This document shows positions 39,061 through 49,452 of a stretch of DNA of 64,000 bases, piece by piece. The stretch is taken from positions 64,704 through 128,703 of the forward strand of contig JAHFFW010000003.1 in assembly GCA_023247725.1 (NCBI GenBank), given 5' to 3'. The DNA comes from Candidatus Omnitrophota bacterium. Lineage in GTDB: Bacteria; Omnitrophota; Gorgyraeia; Zapsychrales; JAHFFX01. The notes beneath the pieces are model-generated. The model was not told the origin of the DNA. It did not search any database and was given only the letters and a program-made list of their open reading frames with translations. Every line of letters starts with the position of its first letter. Position 1 is the stretch's first letter. Both the position numbers and the translations under genes were made by a program.

Positions 39061-40338
39061 ATGGAAAACACATCCACCATTGTTGACAACCGGGGGAAAA
39101 ACATGAAAACAACTAGGCCTGATCAAACTTGCGTGCCACAATTCTTAAATGGCGCAGACCAAAAAAAAACTGTGCCCGCCATCCGCATTATGTTCATCAA
39201 CTCCGCTGCCAATATTTTCGGCGCCGAACGCTGTCTTTTGACCATCCTCGATCATCTGGACCATTCGCGTTTTCATCCGGTCGTGCTGTTGCCGCACTCC
39301 GGATCACTTCAGGAGGAGCTGGAAAAACGAGGAGTGAAAACCATTTTGTACGACTACAAGTTTAGGCCTTTGAAAAACAGCCTCCGGCGATTTTGGGATT
39401 TGACCCGTTTTATGACGCAGCTCATTCGAAACGAAAGAATCTCCATTGTTCATATCAATCTGCACTATTACGCCAGCAATTTCTGGCTGGCATTTTTCTT
39501 AACGAAGGTTACGGTCGTCAGCCATGTTCGATCGCCGTTATGGTTTCATCCGTTTGAGAAATTCGTGATGAGCCGACACCACAAAATTCTGTTTGTCTCA
39601 AAGGCGGTGCGGCAAAAGTTTGTACAAAAGCGCCGCTCGGATGCGTTGATCCGATTTCGCCCTGAGCAACTGGAAGTGCTTTATGATGGGCATGACCTGC
39701 AAAAATTCCAGTTGCCCAAACGCGATATCTTAAGGAAAGAATTCAAGCTCGACCCGCAAGACAGAATTATTTGTCTCATTGGGGCCATTGATTCGGTCAA
39801 AGGCCAGGATGTGTTGATCGAAGCCGCGGGCATCGTCAACCGGACGTATCCCAACGCTCGTTATTTCATCATCGGAAGCCAATACAAACACAGTCCGGAA
39901 AAACAGGCTTATGCCCTCAGGCTCAGAATAATGGTCGATGAATTAGGGTTAAAGGGAAAGGTTTTCTTCACCGGATACCGTGATGATGTCCCGGAAATTC
40001 TTCCGGAGATTGACATCCTCGTCCAACCCAGCTCTCACGAGGCCTTGGGCGGCAGCATGCTCGAGGCGATGTGTGCGGCAAAGCCCGTCATCGGGTTCCA
40101 GATTGACGCAGCGATGGAAGTGATCGGTGAGGAAGAAGCCGGCATTGTGCTCAAAGAACGGACCGGGAAATCTTTGGCCCAGGCCTTAATTTTTCTTTTG
40201 GAGAACCCAAAGGAGGCAAGACACCGAGGCTTGGCCGGGCAAAGTCGGGCGCGGCGGTTTTTTGATATTAAGAACAGCAATGAACGATTGATGCAAATTT
40301 ATACTCAAGCGGTTTCGAAAAGATCGGAGAGGCCCTAA
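39061..40338 (+). CDS. Glycosyltransferase family 4
   Basis: HEALGGSMLEAMCAAKPVIGFQIDAAMEVI; the start may be an internal Met (39103 or later). Confidence 0.75.
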   Translation: MENTSTIVDNRGKNMKTTRPDQTCVPQFLNGADQKKTVPAIRIMFINSAANIFGAERCLLTILDHLDHSRFHPVVLLPHSGSLQEELEKRGVKTILYDYKFRPLKNSLRRFWDLTRFMTQLIRNERISIVHINLHYYASNFWLAFFLTKVTVVSHVRSPLWFHPFEKFVMSRHHKILFVSKAVRQKFVQKRRSDALIRFRPEQLEVLYDGHDLQKFQLPKRDILRKEFKLDPQDRIICLIGAIDSVKGQDVLIEAAGIVNRTYPNARYFIIGSQYKHSPEKQAYALRLRIMVDELGLKGKVFFTGYRDDVPEILPEIDILVQPSSHEALGGSMLEAMCAAKPVIGFQIDAAMEVIGEEEAGIVLKERTGKSLAQALIFLLENPKEARHRGLAGQSRARRFFDIKNSNERLMQIYTQAVSKRSERP

Positions 40339-41283
40339 ATGGTCGACGTGATTATGCCCGTGTATAACAGCGCGGACTTCATCGAAGAGGCCTTGGAATC
40401 AGTGTTAGCTCAAACCTATCAGCCCTTGCGAATCTGGGTGATCAATGACGGCTCCAGCGATCAAACGCCGCAGCTGCTTAAATCTTATGAGAGGCGCTAT
40501 CCCGATAAGATCAGGATCCTGCATAAACCAAATGGTGGACCGGCCTCGGCCAGGAATATGGGTTTGCAAAAAACAACGGCTCCCTATATTGCATTTCTGG
40601 ATGCCGATGATATTTGGTTGCCGCAAAAATTGGAGAAAGAGGTGGCGGTCCTTAAAGCCAATCCTGCGATCGGGTTGGTTTACTGTGACAATTTTTTTGT
40701 CAATGAGCATGGCGCGACGATCGAAAATTACATCCGCAAGGTGGGATTTTACCGAGGCGCCGCGCTTTTGGATTTCTTCATGGAATTTTTTCTCATGATT
40801 CCGGGAGTCGTTGTGCGCCAAGCCTGTTTTATGGATGTCGGACTATTCGACGAAAATCTGCAAGTCGGCGAGGATTTTGATCTTTTCTTACGAATTTTGC
40901 AAAAATACCCAATCGAGTGTGTCCGGGAAAAATTATGGAAACGCCGGGTGCTTTCCAATAGTTTGAGCCGACGGGATTTTATTCTGGCGGCCACCAATGA
41001 TCTGAAAACGGTTCATCGTTTCCTGGAACGCAATCCGGATTTCTATGTTCAGTTTGAGCCGCAGATCAACGAGCGCCTGGCACAACTGCATTTTTCTCTG
41101 GCCTATCAGGCCTTGGAAAAAGGCAAAAATGACGTCGCGCTTAAAAATTTTCTCGCCTCGCTCGAGAGAAAATTTTCTTTGGTCACGGTTAAGAATATTG
41201 CCCTTTGCAGTTTGCCTTATCAGGTCAGGACTCAATTAAAAAAAACCCGGACCGCATTTGTAGCCGGAACCACCATCTTCTAA
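40339..41283 (+). CDS. Glycosyltransferase family 2
   Basis: MVDVIMPVYNSADFIEEALESVLAQTY...INDGSSDQT; FLDADD (DxD). Confidence 0.85.
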   Translation: MVDVIMPVYNSADFIEEALESVLAQTYQPLRIWVINDGSSDQTPQLLKSYERRYPDKIRILHKPNGGPASARNMGLQKTTAPYIAFLDADDIWLPQKLEKEVAVLKANPAIGLVYCDNFFVNEHGATIENYIRKVGFYRGAALLDFFMEFFLMIPGVVVRQACFMDVGLFDENLQVGEDFDLFLRILQKYPIECVREKLWKRRVLSNSLSRRDFILAATNDLKTVHRFLERNPDFYVQFEPQINERLAQLHFSLAYQALEKGKNDVALKNFLASLERKFSLVTVKNIALCSLPYQVRTQLKKTRTAFVAGTTIF

Positions 41284-41287
41284 TCCC

Positions 41288-42166
41288 ATGGTTTCTATCC
41301 TCATCCCCACATACAACTGTGCGAAATATTTACCGAATGCGTTGGCAAGCGTCTTGACCCAGACTTACGGTGATTATGAAGTCTTGGTGATCGATGATGG
41401 ATCAACCGATGGCACAGCCCAAGTCGTGGCCAAATTTCAGGATGATTTTGGCGGCCGTTTGAAATACATTTACCAGGAAAATCAGGGTCTCGCCTGCGCC
41501 CGCAATACGGCCATTGAAAATGCCAAAGGAACATATTTGGCGCTTTTGGATGCGGATGATGTGTGGCTTCCCCATCGACTGAAAGAAACTCTCCACTCCA
41601 TGGAGGCGGACGCCCAAATTGGGCTGGTTCACGCCAACATCCGCTGCATTGATGAGCAGGGAAAAACGATTGGGGTTCCTCATCGGGACCCAGCCTATCT
41701 ATCCGGGAACATCTTTGACCATATCTTTGTCCGACGGGCAGATATTTCGTGTCCAACGGTCCTGTTCCGCAGAGAGTGCTGCGAGAAAGTGGGTTTGTTT
41801 GATCCAAACTTAGCGCGGCTGGGGTGTGAGGATCGAGATTTATGGTTGCGGATCGCCCGCCATTATAAGATTGCCTACGTCCATAAAGTTCTGGCTTTGT
41901 ATCGGGTGAGTCCGGCCAGCATGAGCCGGCAGCGTTTGAAAATGTTGCAGGCGCGGCTTTACGTCATCAATAAATTTTGTCCGCCCGATTCAGCCCACCG
42001 AGGTTTACGCAATGAAGCCCTCGCTAAAGTTTACCGCGACCTTGGAGACGAAGCGCTCCTCGCGCAGGATTTTGCCGAGGCGCGGCGGCAATATGGGCGG
42101 TCGATCCGATTGAATCCGAGAGGGGTCTGGAGCTGGATTAATTTTTGTAAAACCATTGGTAAATGA
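41288..42166 (+). CDS. Glycosyltransferase family 2
   Basis: MVSILIPTYNCAKYLPNALASVLTQTY...IDDGSTDGT; LLDADD. Confidence 0.85.
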   Translation: MVSILIPTYNCAKYLPNALASVLTQTYGDYEVLVIDDGSTDGTAQVVAKFQDDFGGRLKYIYQENQGLACARNTAIENAKGTYLALLDADDVWLPHRLKETLHSMEADAQIGLVHANIRCIDEQGKTIGVPHRDPAYLSGNIFDHIFVRRADISCPTVLFRRECCEKVGLFDPNLARLGCEDRDLWLRIARHYKIAYVHKVLALYRVSPASMSRQRLKMLQARLYVINKFCPPDSAHRGLRNEALAKVYRDLGDEALLAQDFAEARRQYGRSIRLNPRGVWSWINFCKTIGK

Positions 42167-42710
42167 AGATCTTCCCCAACTTGCGCGCCGATATTGGTCG
42201 ATCTATTCGGGATCCCAAAGATCCTAAAAATATTTACTTGATATTTGAACAGGGGATCTGGGCCTTGATCGCGTATCGCTTTGGCCGCTGGGTAAGGACG
42301 ATTCCCATCCCATCGTGTCGCACCTGTTGAAGGGGTTGGCTTTTTTGTGGCTTTAATCGATCGAATTGACGATGGGAATTTCCATTCCGACCAGCGTCCG
42401 CATCGGCAAAGGGTGTTCCATCGGACACTTTGGCGGAATCATTCTTCATAGCGATGTCGTGATGGGCGAAGATTGCTCGCTCAGGCCCGGCGTTATTTTG
42501 GAAACACGCGGACTGGGCCAAAGGGGTGCGCCGCATTTGGGCGACCATGTTTACGTCGGGGTGGGGGCCAAAATCCTGGGGCCGGTGCGCATCGGCCACC
42601 ATGCCAAAATCGGCGCCAATGTGGTGGTCCTTAGGAACGTCCCGGACTGCGCGACCGCCGTCGGAATTCCAGCCAAAATTGTGAGGGAAACCCATGCTGG
42701 CGACACTTAA
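42163..42710 (+). pseudogene. Hexapeptide-repeat O-acetyltransferase (serine acetyltransferase / WcaB-like), interrupted
   Basis: ATG 42163 overlaps the stop of the upstream GT2 gene. The first frame gives MKIFPNLRADIGRSIRDPKDPKNIYLIFEQGIWALIAYRFGRWVRTIPIP. The frame then shifts near 42315 to give IVSHLLKGLAFLWL, there is an in-frame TAA at about 42351, and it continues SIELTMGISIPTSVRIGKGCSIGHFGG...IGANVVVL (left-handed beta-helix). Confidence 0.55.
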
Positions 42711-44064
42711 AGAGTTCGGTCCCATTACGTTTTATATTATTGCGTTGGGCTTTTTTCTTTTGTCGGTGACGGGCCGGCCCAAATGGAGCTTACTATTGAC
42801 CATTGGACTGGCGCCTTTGCGCAATGTCGTTGAGCGTCTTGACATCTTTCCCATGGGCAAAGACCTTTTGGATGTCTTGATATTCGGACTTTTGGTTGGC
42901 TGGATCCTAACGTCGCTCCTGCGCCGCGACAAATTGTTCACCCGTTGTGCCGTCAATCCGATTGCCATCACCCTCATCCTTTATTCCCTTTTTACCGTGA
43001 TCATGGGAAGCCTGTATTTAAAGAATCCATTGCTTTTTGATGTCACCGATGACCGGATCCAAGACTGGAAGAATTTCATTCTTCTCCCCGTCCTGTTTTT
43101 TTTAACCTTCAATCTCATCGAGGATCGCAAATGGATCAAACGTGTTTTATGGGTGATGGCCGGTTCCATGATTTTGATGAATTGCTACACGACGACTCAG
43201 ATCTCCTGGTTTACGAATCTGGCCTCTCGGGAAAAAATTGTTTCGACCTTTGTTTATTTGGGGCCCAACGAGGTCGCGGCCTTTTATAACCAATACACCA
43301 TCATTCTTTTAGGAATCTATTTCTGTATGCGCAAAAGCCTCATCAAGCTATTGTTGCTGGGACTGATTGCGACCAATATTTTTTGTGTCTTGTTTTTGTT
43401 TTCACGGGGGGCTTATCTGGGGCTCTTGGGTGGCATGGTCCTTCTGGCATTCTTCAAGAAGAGAATCTTGATTGTCCCATTGATTCTGTTCGGGATTTTT
43501 TGGCAGGCGGTTCTGCCGCAAAAAGTGATTGAGCGCATTGAAATGACGACGGATGTTTATGGACACTTGGAATCATCGGCCGCCGACCGGCTGGTCATCT
43601 GGGGCGAAACGATGGATGTCATCACCAAGCAGCCGGTTTTTGGTTTGGGGTTTGGTGTCTTTCGGCATCTGGGTTTTATTTTGAAAGACACGCATAATAT
43701 TTATTTGAAAATTTTGGTGGAACAGGGCGTCTTTGGATTATTCATTTTCCTGATTCTCATCATCGTTTTTTTCCGGGAAGGGTGGAGTCTGTATCGACAA
43801 GGCAACGATGATTTATCGCGGGGATTGGGATTAGGATTTGCGATCGCGATCGGTGTTCTTTTGGTGAACAATCTGTTCGGTGACCGCTGGACTTACTGGG
43901 AGATCAGCGCCTTTATGTGGGCCTTTGCCGGACTGGTCTGCCGTTACCGTGTCATTGTGCAAGAAGAAGCCAAGTACCGCAAGACTGTCTCTGCGCCACA
44001 AAAGCCCTTCAAATCTAAACGCAAGGTTTTTCCCGACGAACCGCTGCTGGGATACAGTAATTAG
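42694..44064 (+). CDS. O-antigen ligase/polymerase-like membrane protein (Wzy_C domain; the putative O-glycosylation ligase type found in exosortase loci)
   Basis: About 11 TM segments; Wzy_C core LFLFSRGAYLGLLGGMVLLAF with the periplasmic loop VFGLGFGVFRH. Confidence 0.75.
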   Translation: MLATLKEFGPITFYIIALGFFLLSVTGRPKWSLLLTIGLAPLRNVVERLDIFPMGKDLLDVLIFGLLVGWILTSLLRRDKLFTRCAVNPIAITLILYSLFTVIMGSLYLKNPLLFDVTDDRIQDWKNFILLPVLFFLTFNLIEDRKWIKRVLWVMAGSMILMNCYTTTQISWFTNLASREKIVSTFVYLGPNEVAAFYNQYTIILLGIYFCMRKSLIKLLLLGLIATNIFCVLFLFSRGAYLGLLGGMVLLAFFKKRILIVPLILFGIFWQAVLPQKVIERIEMTTDVYGHLESSAADRLVIWGETMDVITKQPVFGLGFGVFRHLGFILKDTHNIYLKILVEQGVFGLFIFLILIIVFFREGWSLYRQGNDDLSRGLGLGFAIAIGVLLVNNLFGDRWTYWEISAFMWAFAGLVCRYRVIVQEEAKYRKTVSAPQKPFKSKRKVFPDEPLLGYSN

Positions 44065-44140
44065 TGCATCGGTTCGCCTGAAATTTTCATGCTCATCGCG
44101 CATTGTGTGTGCAGTCCGGTTGTACCCTTGAGGTTTCAAT

Positions 44141-46441
44141 TTGGAATTACCAACTCCTAAAATCGAGATCGTCTTATTGACCGATTGCTTGGCTGATCTT
44201 GGGGCCGGCGCGGAAAAGCAAATTTTTGAACTCGCCCGCCGGCTCGACAAAGAACGCTACTCGGTGACCGTGGTTAGTCAGGACACCATCAGTCCAATAA
44301 CCCGCCAACAATTGGACCAAGCCAATTGTTCGGTTTTGGTACTTCGGGTTAAGCGAATCTATGGACTTTCGGGTCTCATCCAAGGTCGAAAATTTTATCG
44401 CTTCCTTCGCCAAAGACGGGTGAAGATCGTTCAAACCTATCATTTTGGTTCGGATATCTGGGGGGCATTTTGGGCCCGGCGCGCCGGGGTTCCTTTGATC
44501 ATTTCGAATCGCCGCGACATGGGATTTTGGCGCCGGCCATGGCACGGGGTTTGTTACTGGCTGATCCGTGGATGGGTCAAAAAAATTGTTGCGGTCAGCC
44601 ATTCGGTCAAGGCACGAGTCATGCAAACCGAAAACGTTTCGGCCAACCGTATTGAGGTCATTTATAACGGCGTCGAGATTCCCCGCGGTCTTCCGGCCTC
44701 GAAAAAAAAAGATTTGCGAAGATCCCTGGGGATTTCGGATGAGGACGTGGTTCTTATTCAGGTGGCCAATCTTCGCCCGGTCAAAGGGCATGGCTTCCTC
44801 ATCGAGGCCCTCGGGCGTCTCGTGACCCAATTCCCCCAGGTGAAATTGGCCCTCGTTGGCGAAGACACGATGAGGGGAGACTTGCAACGACGCGTTGAAA
44901 AAAGTGGATTAAAAAAGCAGGTTTTATTTTTGGGAAAACGTGATGACGTGCAGGAGCTTCTTACAATCGCCGATATCGGCGTCATGCCGTCTTTAAGTGA
45001 AGGGATGTCCAATGCGATTCTTGAATATATGGCGGCAGGGATACCGGTTGTGGCCACCTCCGTTGGAGGGAATCCCGAATTGGTCAAGGATGGTTTCAAT
45101 GGTCTATTGGTTCTTCCTCAAGATGTGGATCAGCTCGAATTAGCCCTGGCCGCTCTCATCCGTGATTCCTCTAAACGTGATCTCATGGGCGCCATCGGAC
45201 GGCGCATGGCCGAAGAGGATTTCTCCTTCGCCAAAATGGTAAAGGATTACGCAGCCCTGTATGAAACTGTCTTCCCGCCGCCGGTGCGGATCTTGCATTT
45301 TGTCAGCAGTCAAGGAGTCTTTGGGGCCGAACAAGTCATCCTTTCCTTGGCCAAGTTTTTTAACAATGGAAATTATCAAGCGGTCATCGGTGCCGTCCAT
45401 GACCGGCGTTTTCCCCAGAGCGACGCAGTGATTCAAGCCGCCCAGGAGCTCAAACTCCCGACGATTCGAGTGTCTTGTTCCTACCGTTTTGATTGGGCTG
45501 CGATTTTTGAATTGAAAAAATTGCTTCAAGAGATGCGCATCGATGTTCTTCATACCCACAACTACAAATCGGATCTCATAGGACTCCTGGCCGCGCGCTT
45601 AGCCGGAGTGCCCGTGGTCGCAACGGCTCATGGCTTTACGGGAATGACGAAGGCAGTTTCGAGTTATGAAAAATGGGATCGGTTTATTCTGGAACGGTTC
45701 TTTGACCGGGTGATTGTGGTGACCGAAGAGCTATTGACGAAATGTTCTCCAGAAAAACGACGGGTCATCCGTAATGGACTGGATATTTCCCGTTTCCATG
45801 TCGAAGCAGCCAAGGGTTTGGAATTCCGCAAAAAATTTGGGCTTTCGCGCCATCATGTGGTTGTCGGAACCGTGGGACGGTTAAGTCCGGAGAAAAACCA
45901 GAAGTTGCTGTTAGAAGGCATGCGGCCTTCCTTAAAGAAAAATCCCGAGCTTCGGGTCATGATCGTCGGAGAAGGGCCGGAGAAGGGCAACCTCGTTTCG
46001 TTTTGCTGGCAAGAAGAGATCACATCCAATGTGATTTTTTGCGGCCATATCAAGGATATGCCTTCGGCCTATCAGGCCATGGATCTTTTTGTGCTTCCTT
46101 CCTTAAGGGAAGCAATGCCATTGACGATCTTTGAAGCCATGGCATCGAGCGTGGCGGTCATTGCCACTCGAGTCGGCGGAGTCCCATCGGTGATTGAAGA
46201 TGGGCGGACCGGCCTCTTGGTCGAGGCCGGCGACAGTCCGGCATTGGCGGCGAAGATTGAATTCCTTTTGAATCGTCCGTCGCACCGTTCGGCTTTAGCA
46301 AAGGCCGGTTTGCAGGCCGTGCAAAAGCATTTTTCCAATTTGGAAATGTGCGAGCAGTACAAAAAAGTTTACGAAGAATTAATCCGCTTAAAATCCAACC
46401 CTACCAACCAAGCCAAGCGGGAACAATATGCCACTGCTTAA
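44141..46441 (+). CDS. Tandem double GT4 glycosyltransferase (two complete GT-B modules in one polypeptide)
   Basis: Module 1 runs to about aa 380 (SEGMSNAILEYMAAGIPVVATSVGGNPELV). Module 2 runs from about aa 385 (REAMPLTIFEAMASSVAVIATRVGGVPSVI). Confidence 0.75.
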   Translation: MELPTPKIEIVLLTDCLADLGAGAEKQIFELARRLDKERYSVTVVSQDTISPITRQQLDQANCSVLVLRVKRIYGLSGLIQGRKFYRFLRQRRVKIVQTYHFGSDIWGAFWARRAGVPLIISNRRDMGFWRRPWHGVCYWLIRGWVKKIVAVSHSVKARVMQTENVSANRIEVIYNGVEIPRGLPASKKKDLRRSLGISDEDVVLIQVANLRPVKGHGFLIEALGRLVTQFPQVKLALVGEDTMRGDLQRRVEKSGLKKQVLFLGKRDDVQELLTIADIGVMPSLSEGMSNAILEYMAAGIPVVATSVGGNPELVKDGFNGLLVLPQDVDQLELALAALIRDSSKRDLMGAIGRRMAEEDFSFAKMVKDYAALYETVFPPPVRILHFVSSQGVFGAEQVILSLAKFFNNGNYQAVIGAVHDRRFPQSDAVIQAAQELKLPTIRVSCSYRFDWAAIFELKKLLQEMRIDVLHTHNYKSDLIGLLAARLAGVPVVATAHGFTGMTKAVSSYEKWDRFILERFFDRVIVVTEELLTKCSPEKRRVIRNGLDISRFHVEAAKGLEFRKKFGLSRHHVVVGTVGRLSPEKNQKLLLEGMRPSLKKNPELRVMIVGEGPEKGNLVSFCWQEEITSNVIFCGHIKDMPSAYQAMDLFVLPSLREAMPLTIFEAMASSVAVIATRVGGVPSVIEDGRTGLLVEAGDSPALAAKIEFLLNRPSHRSALAKAGLQAVQKHFSNLEMCEQYKKVYEELIRLKSNPTNQAKREQYATA

Positions 46442-46454
46442 GGAAGGGATCTCA

Positions 46455-47657
46455 ATGCAGCTACTTTTTCTTGCGCCTCGCCTGCCTTTACCGGCCGATA
46501 CCGGCGGGAAAATCCGCACGTACCATATTTTGAATCAATTGGCTAAACGATTTACGGTGCACCTGGTCTGTTTTTCCTTCGATGAAAATGACCGGCCATG
46601 GGCCCATTCCTTGGAAAAAAAGGGATTGAAAATAACGTTGGTCCCGTATCAGGAACCGCCATTCTTTGCGAAAACCAGCCGGATTCTATTTTCGTCCTTG
46701 CCCTATTCCATTCTCAAATATTATTCCCGGGCGATGGAAAATGTTTTGGAACGATTGATTCAAGCGGAAAAATTCGACGCGGTGCATGTGGACCATTTGC
46801 ACATGGCTATTTACGGTTCTCGGTTTTCTGGCCAACCTCGCGTCCTGGATGAACACAATGTGGAGTACGTGATTCTCAGGCGCTGCGCGCAGATTGAGAA
46901 ATCCCGGATCAAAAAGAAAATTTTTATCGATCAGTCGCAGAAAATGCAGGCCTTTGAAATGCGCGCTGTCCACGGATTCTCCCGGTGTTTGACGGTGTCG
47001 TTAGAGGATTGCCGGTCTTTAATGAATGGGACTCTCGATGCCGGGCATTGCCAGGTGGTTCCCAACGGGGTCGATACCCAATATTTTCGTCCGGCCATCG
47101 GCATACCGAGGGATGAGGAACAAAGTTTGGTGTTCACCGGTTCCTTGGACTGGTGGCCGAATGAAGACGCCATTGTTTACTTTTGTCAGGATATTTTGCC
47201 GCAAATTTGGCGCCAATTGCCGCGATTAAAATTTGTGATCGTAGGAAAATCTCCCAGTCAGCGGATTCGGGCATTGATGGCCGCCGAACCGCGAATCGTG
47301 GTGACGGGAAGGGTTGACGATGTTCGTCCGTTTCTTTCTGCGGCGCGAGTTTTTGTTGTCCCTTTGCGCGTCGGCGGCGGCACGCGGCTGAAAATTCTCG
47401 AGGCGATGGCCATGCAAAAAGCGGTCGTATCGACCACGCTGGGAGCCGAGGGTATCCAATGCGCTTCGGGAAAAAATATTCTCATCGCCGACGAACCGCA
47501 GGACTTCGCCAGCCAGGTCGTGGCCCTGGTGCGTGACGAAGGCAGAGCCATGTCAATCGGCAAAGCGGGCCGTGACCTCGTATGTTCCACCTATGATTGG
47601 GAGATCGTGGGAAATAAATTGGAATCGATTTATCGGGAACTCTTCCATGCGAGTTAA
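46455..47657 (+). CDS. GT4 glycosyltransferase of the PEP-CTERM/EpsH1-associated sugar transferase type
   Basis: MQLLFLAPRLPLPADTGGKIRTYHILNQLAKRFTVHLVCF is the hallmark N-terminus of that family; RVGGGTRLKILEAMAMQKAVVST. Confidence 0.8.
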   Translation: MQLLFLAPRLPLPADTGGKIRTYHILNQLAKRFTVHLVCFSFDENDRPWAHSLEKKGLKITLVPYQEPPFFAKTSRILFSSLPYSILKYYSRAMENVLERLIQAEKFDAVHVDHLHMAIYGSRFSGQPRVLDEHNVEYVILRRCAQIEKSRIKKKIFIDQSQKMQAFEMRAVHGFSRCLTVSLEDCRSLMNGTLDAGHCQVVPNGVDTQYFRPAIGIPRDEEQSLVFTGSLDWWPNEDAIVYFCQDILPQIWRQLPRLKFVIVGKSPSQRIRALMAAEPRIVVTGRVDDVRPFLSAARVFVVPLRVGGGTRLKILEAMAMQKAVVSTTLGAEGIQCASGKNILIADEPQDFASQVVALVRDEGRAMSIGKAGRDLVCSTYDWEIVGNKLESIYRELFHAS

Positions 47658-49452
47658 AACCAAACAAGGTCAAATCAACGTTGGCAATATTCTCATGGGC
47701 GGATTCTTGACCGGAATCATCCTCGCCTTCATTGTTGCCTTTTTTCTCTACGGCATCTACAAAACTTATAAAGCGATGAAAGCCCCGCGGCGTTTTTCCG
47801 CGGTCGCGCCGGTTCCTCCCCAAGAAGGAACCACGTTGTTTGTGGCCTCCAGCCTTGACCGTATTTTTTCCGATGGAATGACCTTGAAAGAACCCGCCTT
47901 TTCGACGGAGGTTTCCCTTGCTCAGGCAAAAAATGAATATGAATCCTTCCAGGTGGTTGTTCAAACAACCAACACGGCACTTAAAAAGGTCTGGTTCGAG
48001 GTCTCCGACCTCATTGATCCCGCCTCCGGGGCCAGGATTGATCACGGCAATATCCTTTGGCGCGTGGTGGGCTATGTTCCGACGAAGCAACCGTATTATC
48101 CCGTCAAATTCGTAGGGAACTGGCCTGATCCTTTATTGCCCGCTCAACCGATCGATGTGGACGCACCGAAGACTCAACCATTTTGGTTTACCATTTACGT
48201 CCCCCAAAACGCTCAAGCCGGTCGCTATCAAGCAAAGATCTGGATGAAGGCCGAAGGACTTTCGACGCCTCGGGAAATTCCGGTATCTTTAAAGGTGTTC
48301 AATTTTGAATTGCCCAAACAAAACACCTTGAAAACCGCCTTTGATTTTTACGAAGGACAAACGTACAAACGTTATCCGCAAAAGGAGAATGAAAGTAACG
48401 AGGCTTATCAGGCCAGAATCGGTGCGCTCAATGACAAATTCCTCATCCTGATGCTGCAATACCGAATGAATCCGATCCTCAATGTGGATCCAACCTCTCC
48501 ATCAGATTTGGCCAGGGTGGATCGGTACCGCTGGTTTGGGCTCAATAACTTTTCCATCGGGAAAAAGGGAGGGACCTTCAACAATAATTGGCCGGCGACC
48601 GACGAGGAAATCGAGGCCTTGCGACCCGTTTATCAGGGCTATGGCGAAATGCTAAAATTCAACAAACTTCTTCCTTACAACTACATCTACACGTGGGACG
48701 AGGGGAATGTTGGCAATCCCCGCGTCGCAAAGATTTGTTCTATGATCCATCGGGCCTATCCGAAATTAAAAAATATGGTCTGTTACCACGGATTCTGGGA
48801 CCCGGCGGCGCAGCCGGACTGGGGAAAAGATATTGATATCTGGTGTTTTAATATTGATAATTTTGTCGAATCCCAAATGCGCCGAATCCAGCAAGCCGGA
48901 AAAGAAATGTGGATGTACATTTCGGGGCCCAGTGGTTTCTCCACGCCCAATTTGGCCATTGATTTTGATTCCATCGATTATCGCATCATTCCTTGGTTGT
49001 GCTGGAAATACGACATCCGCGGATTCCTTTATTGGTGTGTGAATTGGTGGCCTTTCGTTGATCCCTTCCAAAGTGCAGCGAACACTCAATGGGAACAAAA
49101 TGGCAATGGGTTGTTATTTTATCCGGGGCCGGAAGGCCCCATCGCGTCGTTGCGCGCCGAGCTTTTTCGCGACGGGATGGAAGATTACGAATATACACAA
49201 ATTCTTTTGCAGAATCTCTGGGCTTTTGAAGATCTGAGCCCCGCCTTCGGCTATAGTGCCTTAGTGAAAGAAATCAAAGGCATTTTGACGATGGATGACT
49301 CGCTCATCAAATCGATGTTTGAATACACGCGGGACGGTCGCATTTTATTCAAGCGCCGTCAGGCCATTGCGGAAAAGATCGAAGAGACTGACAAAATCCT
49401 CCGTGATTTAGCCGGCAAAAAAACCAAGATCTCTGCGACAGGTGCGGAATAA
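47647..49452 (+). CDS. Membrane-anchored hypothetical protein, possibly glycoside-hydrolase-like (DUF4091-type C-terminal region)
   Basis: N-terminal TM (ILMGGFLTGIILAFIVAFFLYGIY) and a large extracytoplasmic domain rich in W/Y (YHGFWDPAAQPDWGKDIDIWCFNIDNF...). The assignment rests on recalled family resemblance only. Confidence 0.3.
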   Translation: MRVKTKQGQINVGNILMGGFLTGIILAFIVAFFLYGIYKTYKAMKAPRRFSAVAPVPPQEGTTLFVASSLDRIFSDGMTLKEPAFSTEVSLAQAKNEYESFQVVVQTTNTALKKVWFEVSDLIDPASGARIDHGNILWRVVGYVPTKQPYYPVKFVGNWPDPLLPAQPIDVDAPKTQPFWFTIYVPQNAQAGRYQAKIWMKAEGLSTPREIPVSLKVFNFELPKQNTLKTAFDFYEGQTYKRYPQKENESNEAYQARIGALNDKFLILMLQYRMNPILNVDPTSPSDLARVDRYRWFGLNNFSIGKKGGTFNNNWPATDEEIEALRPVYQGYGEMLKFNKLLPYNYIYTWDEGNVGNPRVAKICSMIHRAYPKLKNMVCYHGFWDPAAQPDWGKDIDIWCFNIDNFVESQMRRIQQAGKEMWMYISGPSGFSTPNLAIDFDSIDYRIIPWLCWKYDIRGFLYWCVNWWPFVDPFQSAANTQWEQNGNGLLFYPGPEGPIASLRAELFRDGMEDYEYTQILLQNLWAFEDLSPAFGYSALVKEIKGILTMDDSLIKSMFEYTRDGRILFKRRQAIAEKIEETDKILRDLAGKKTKISATGAE

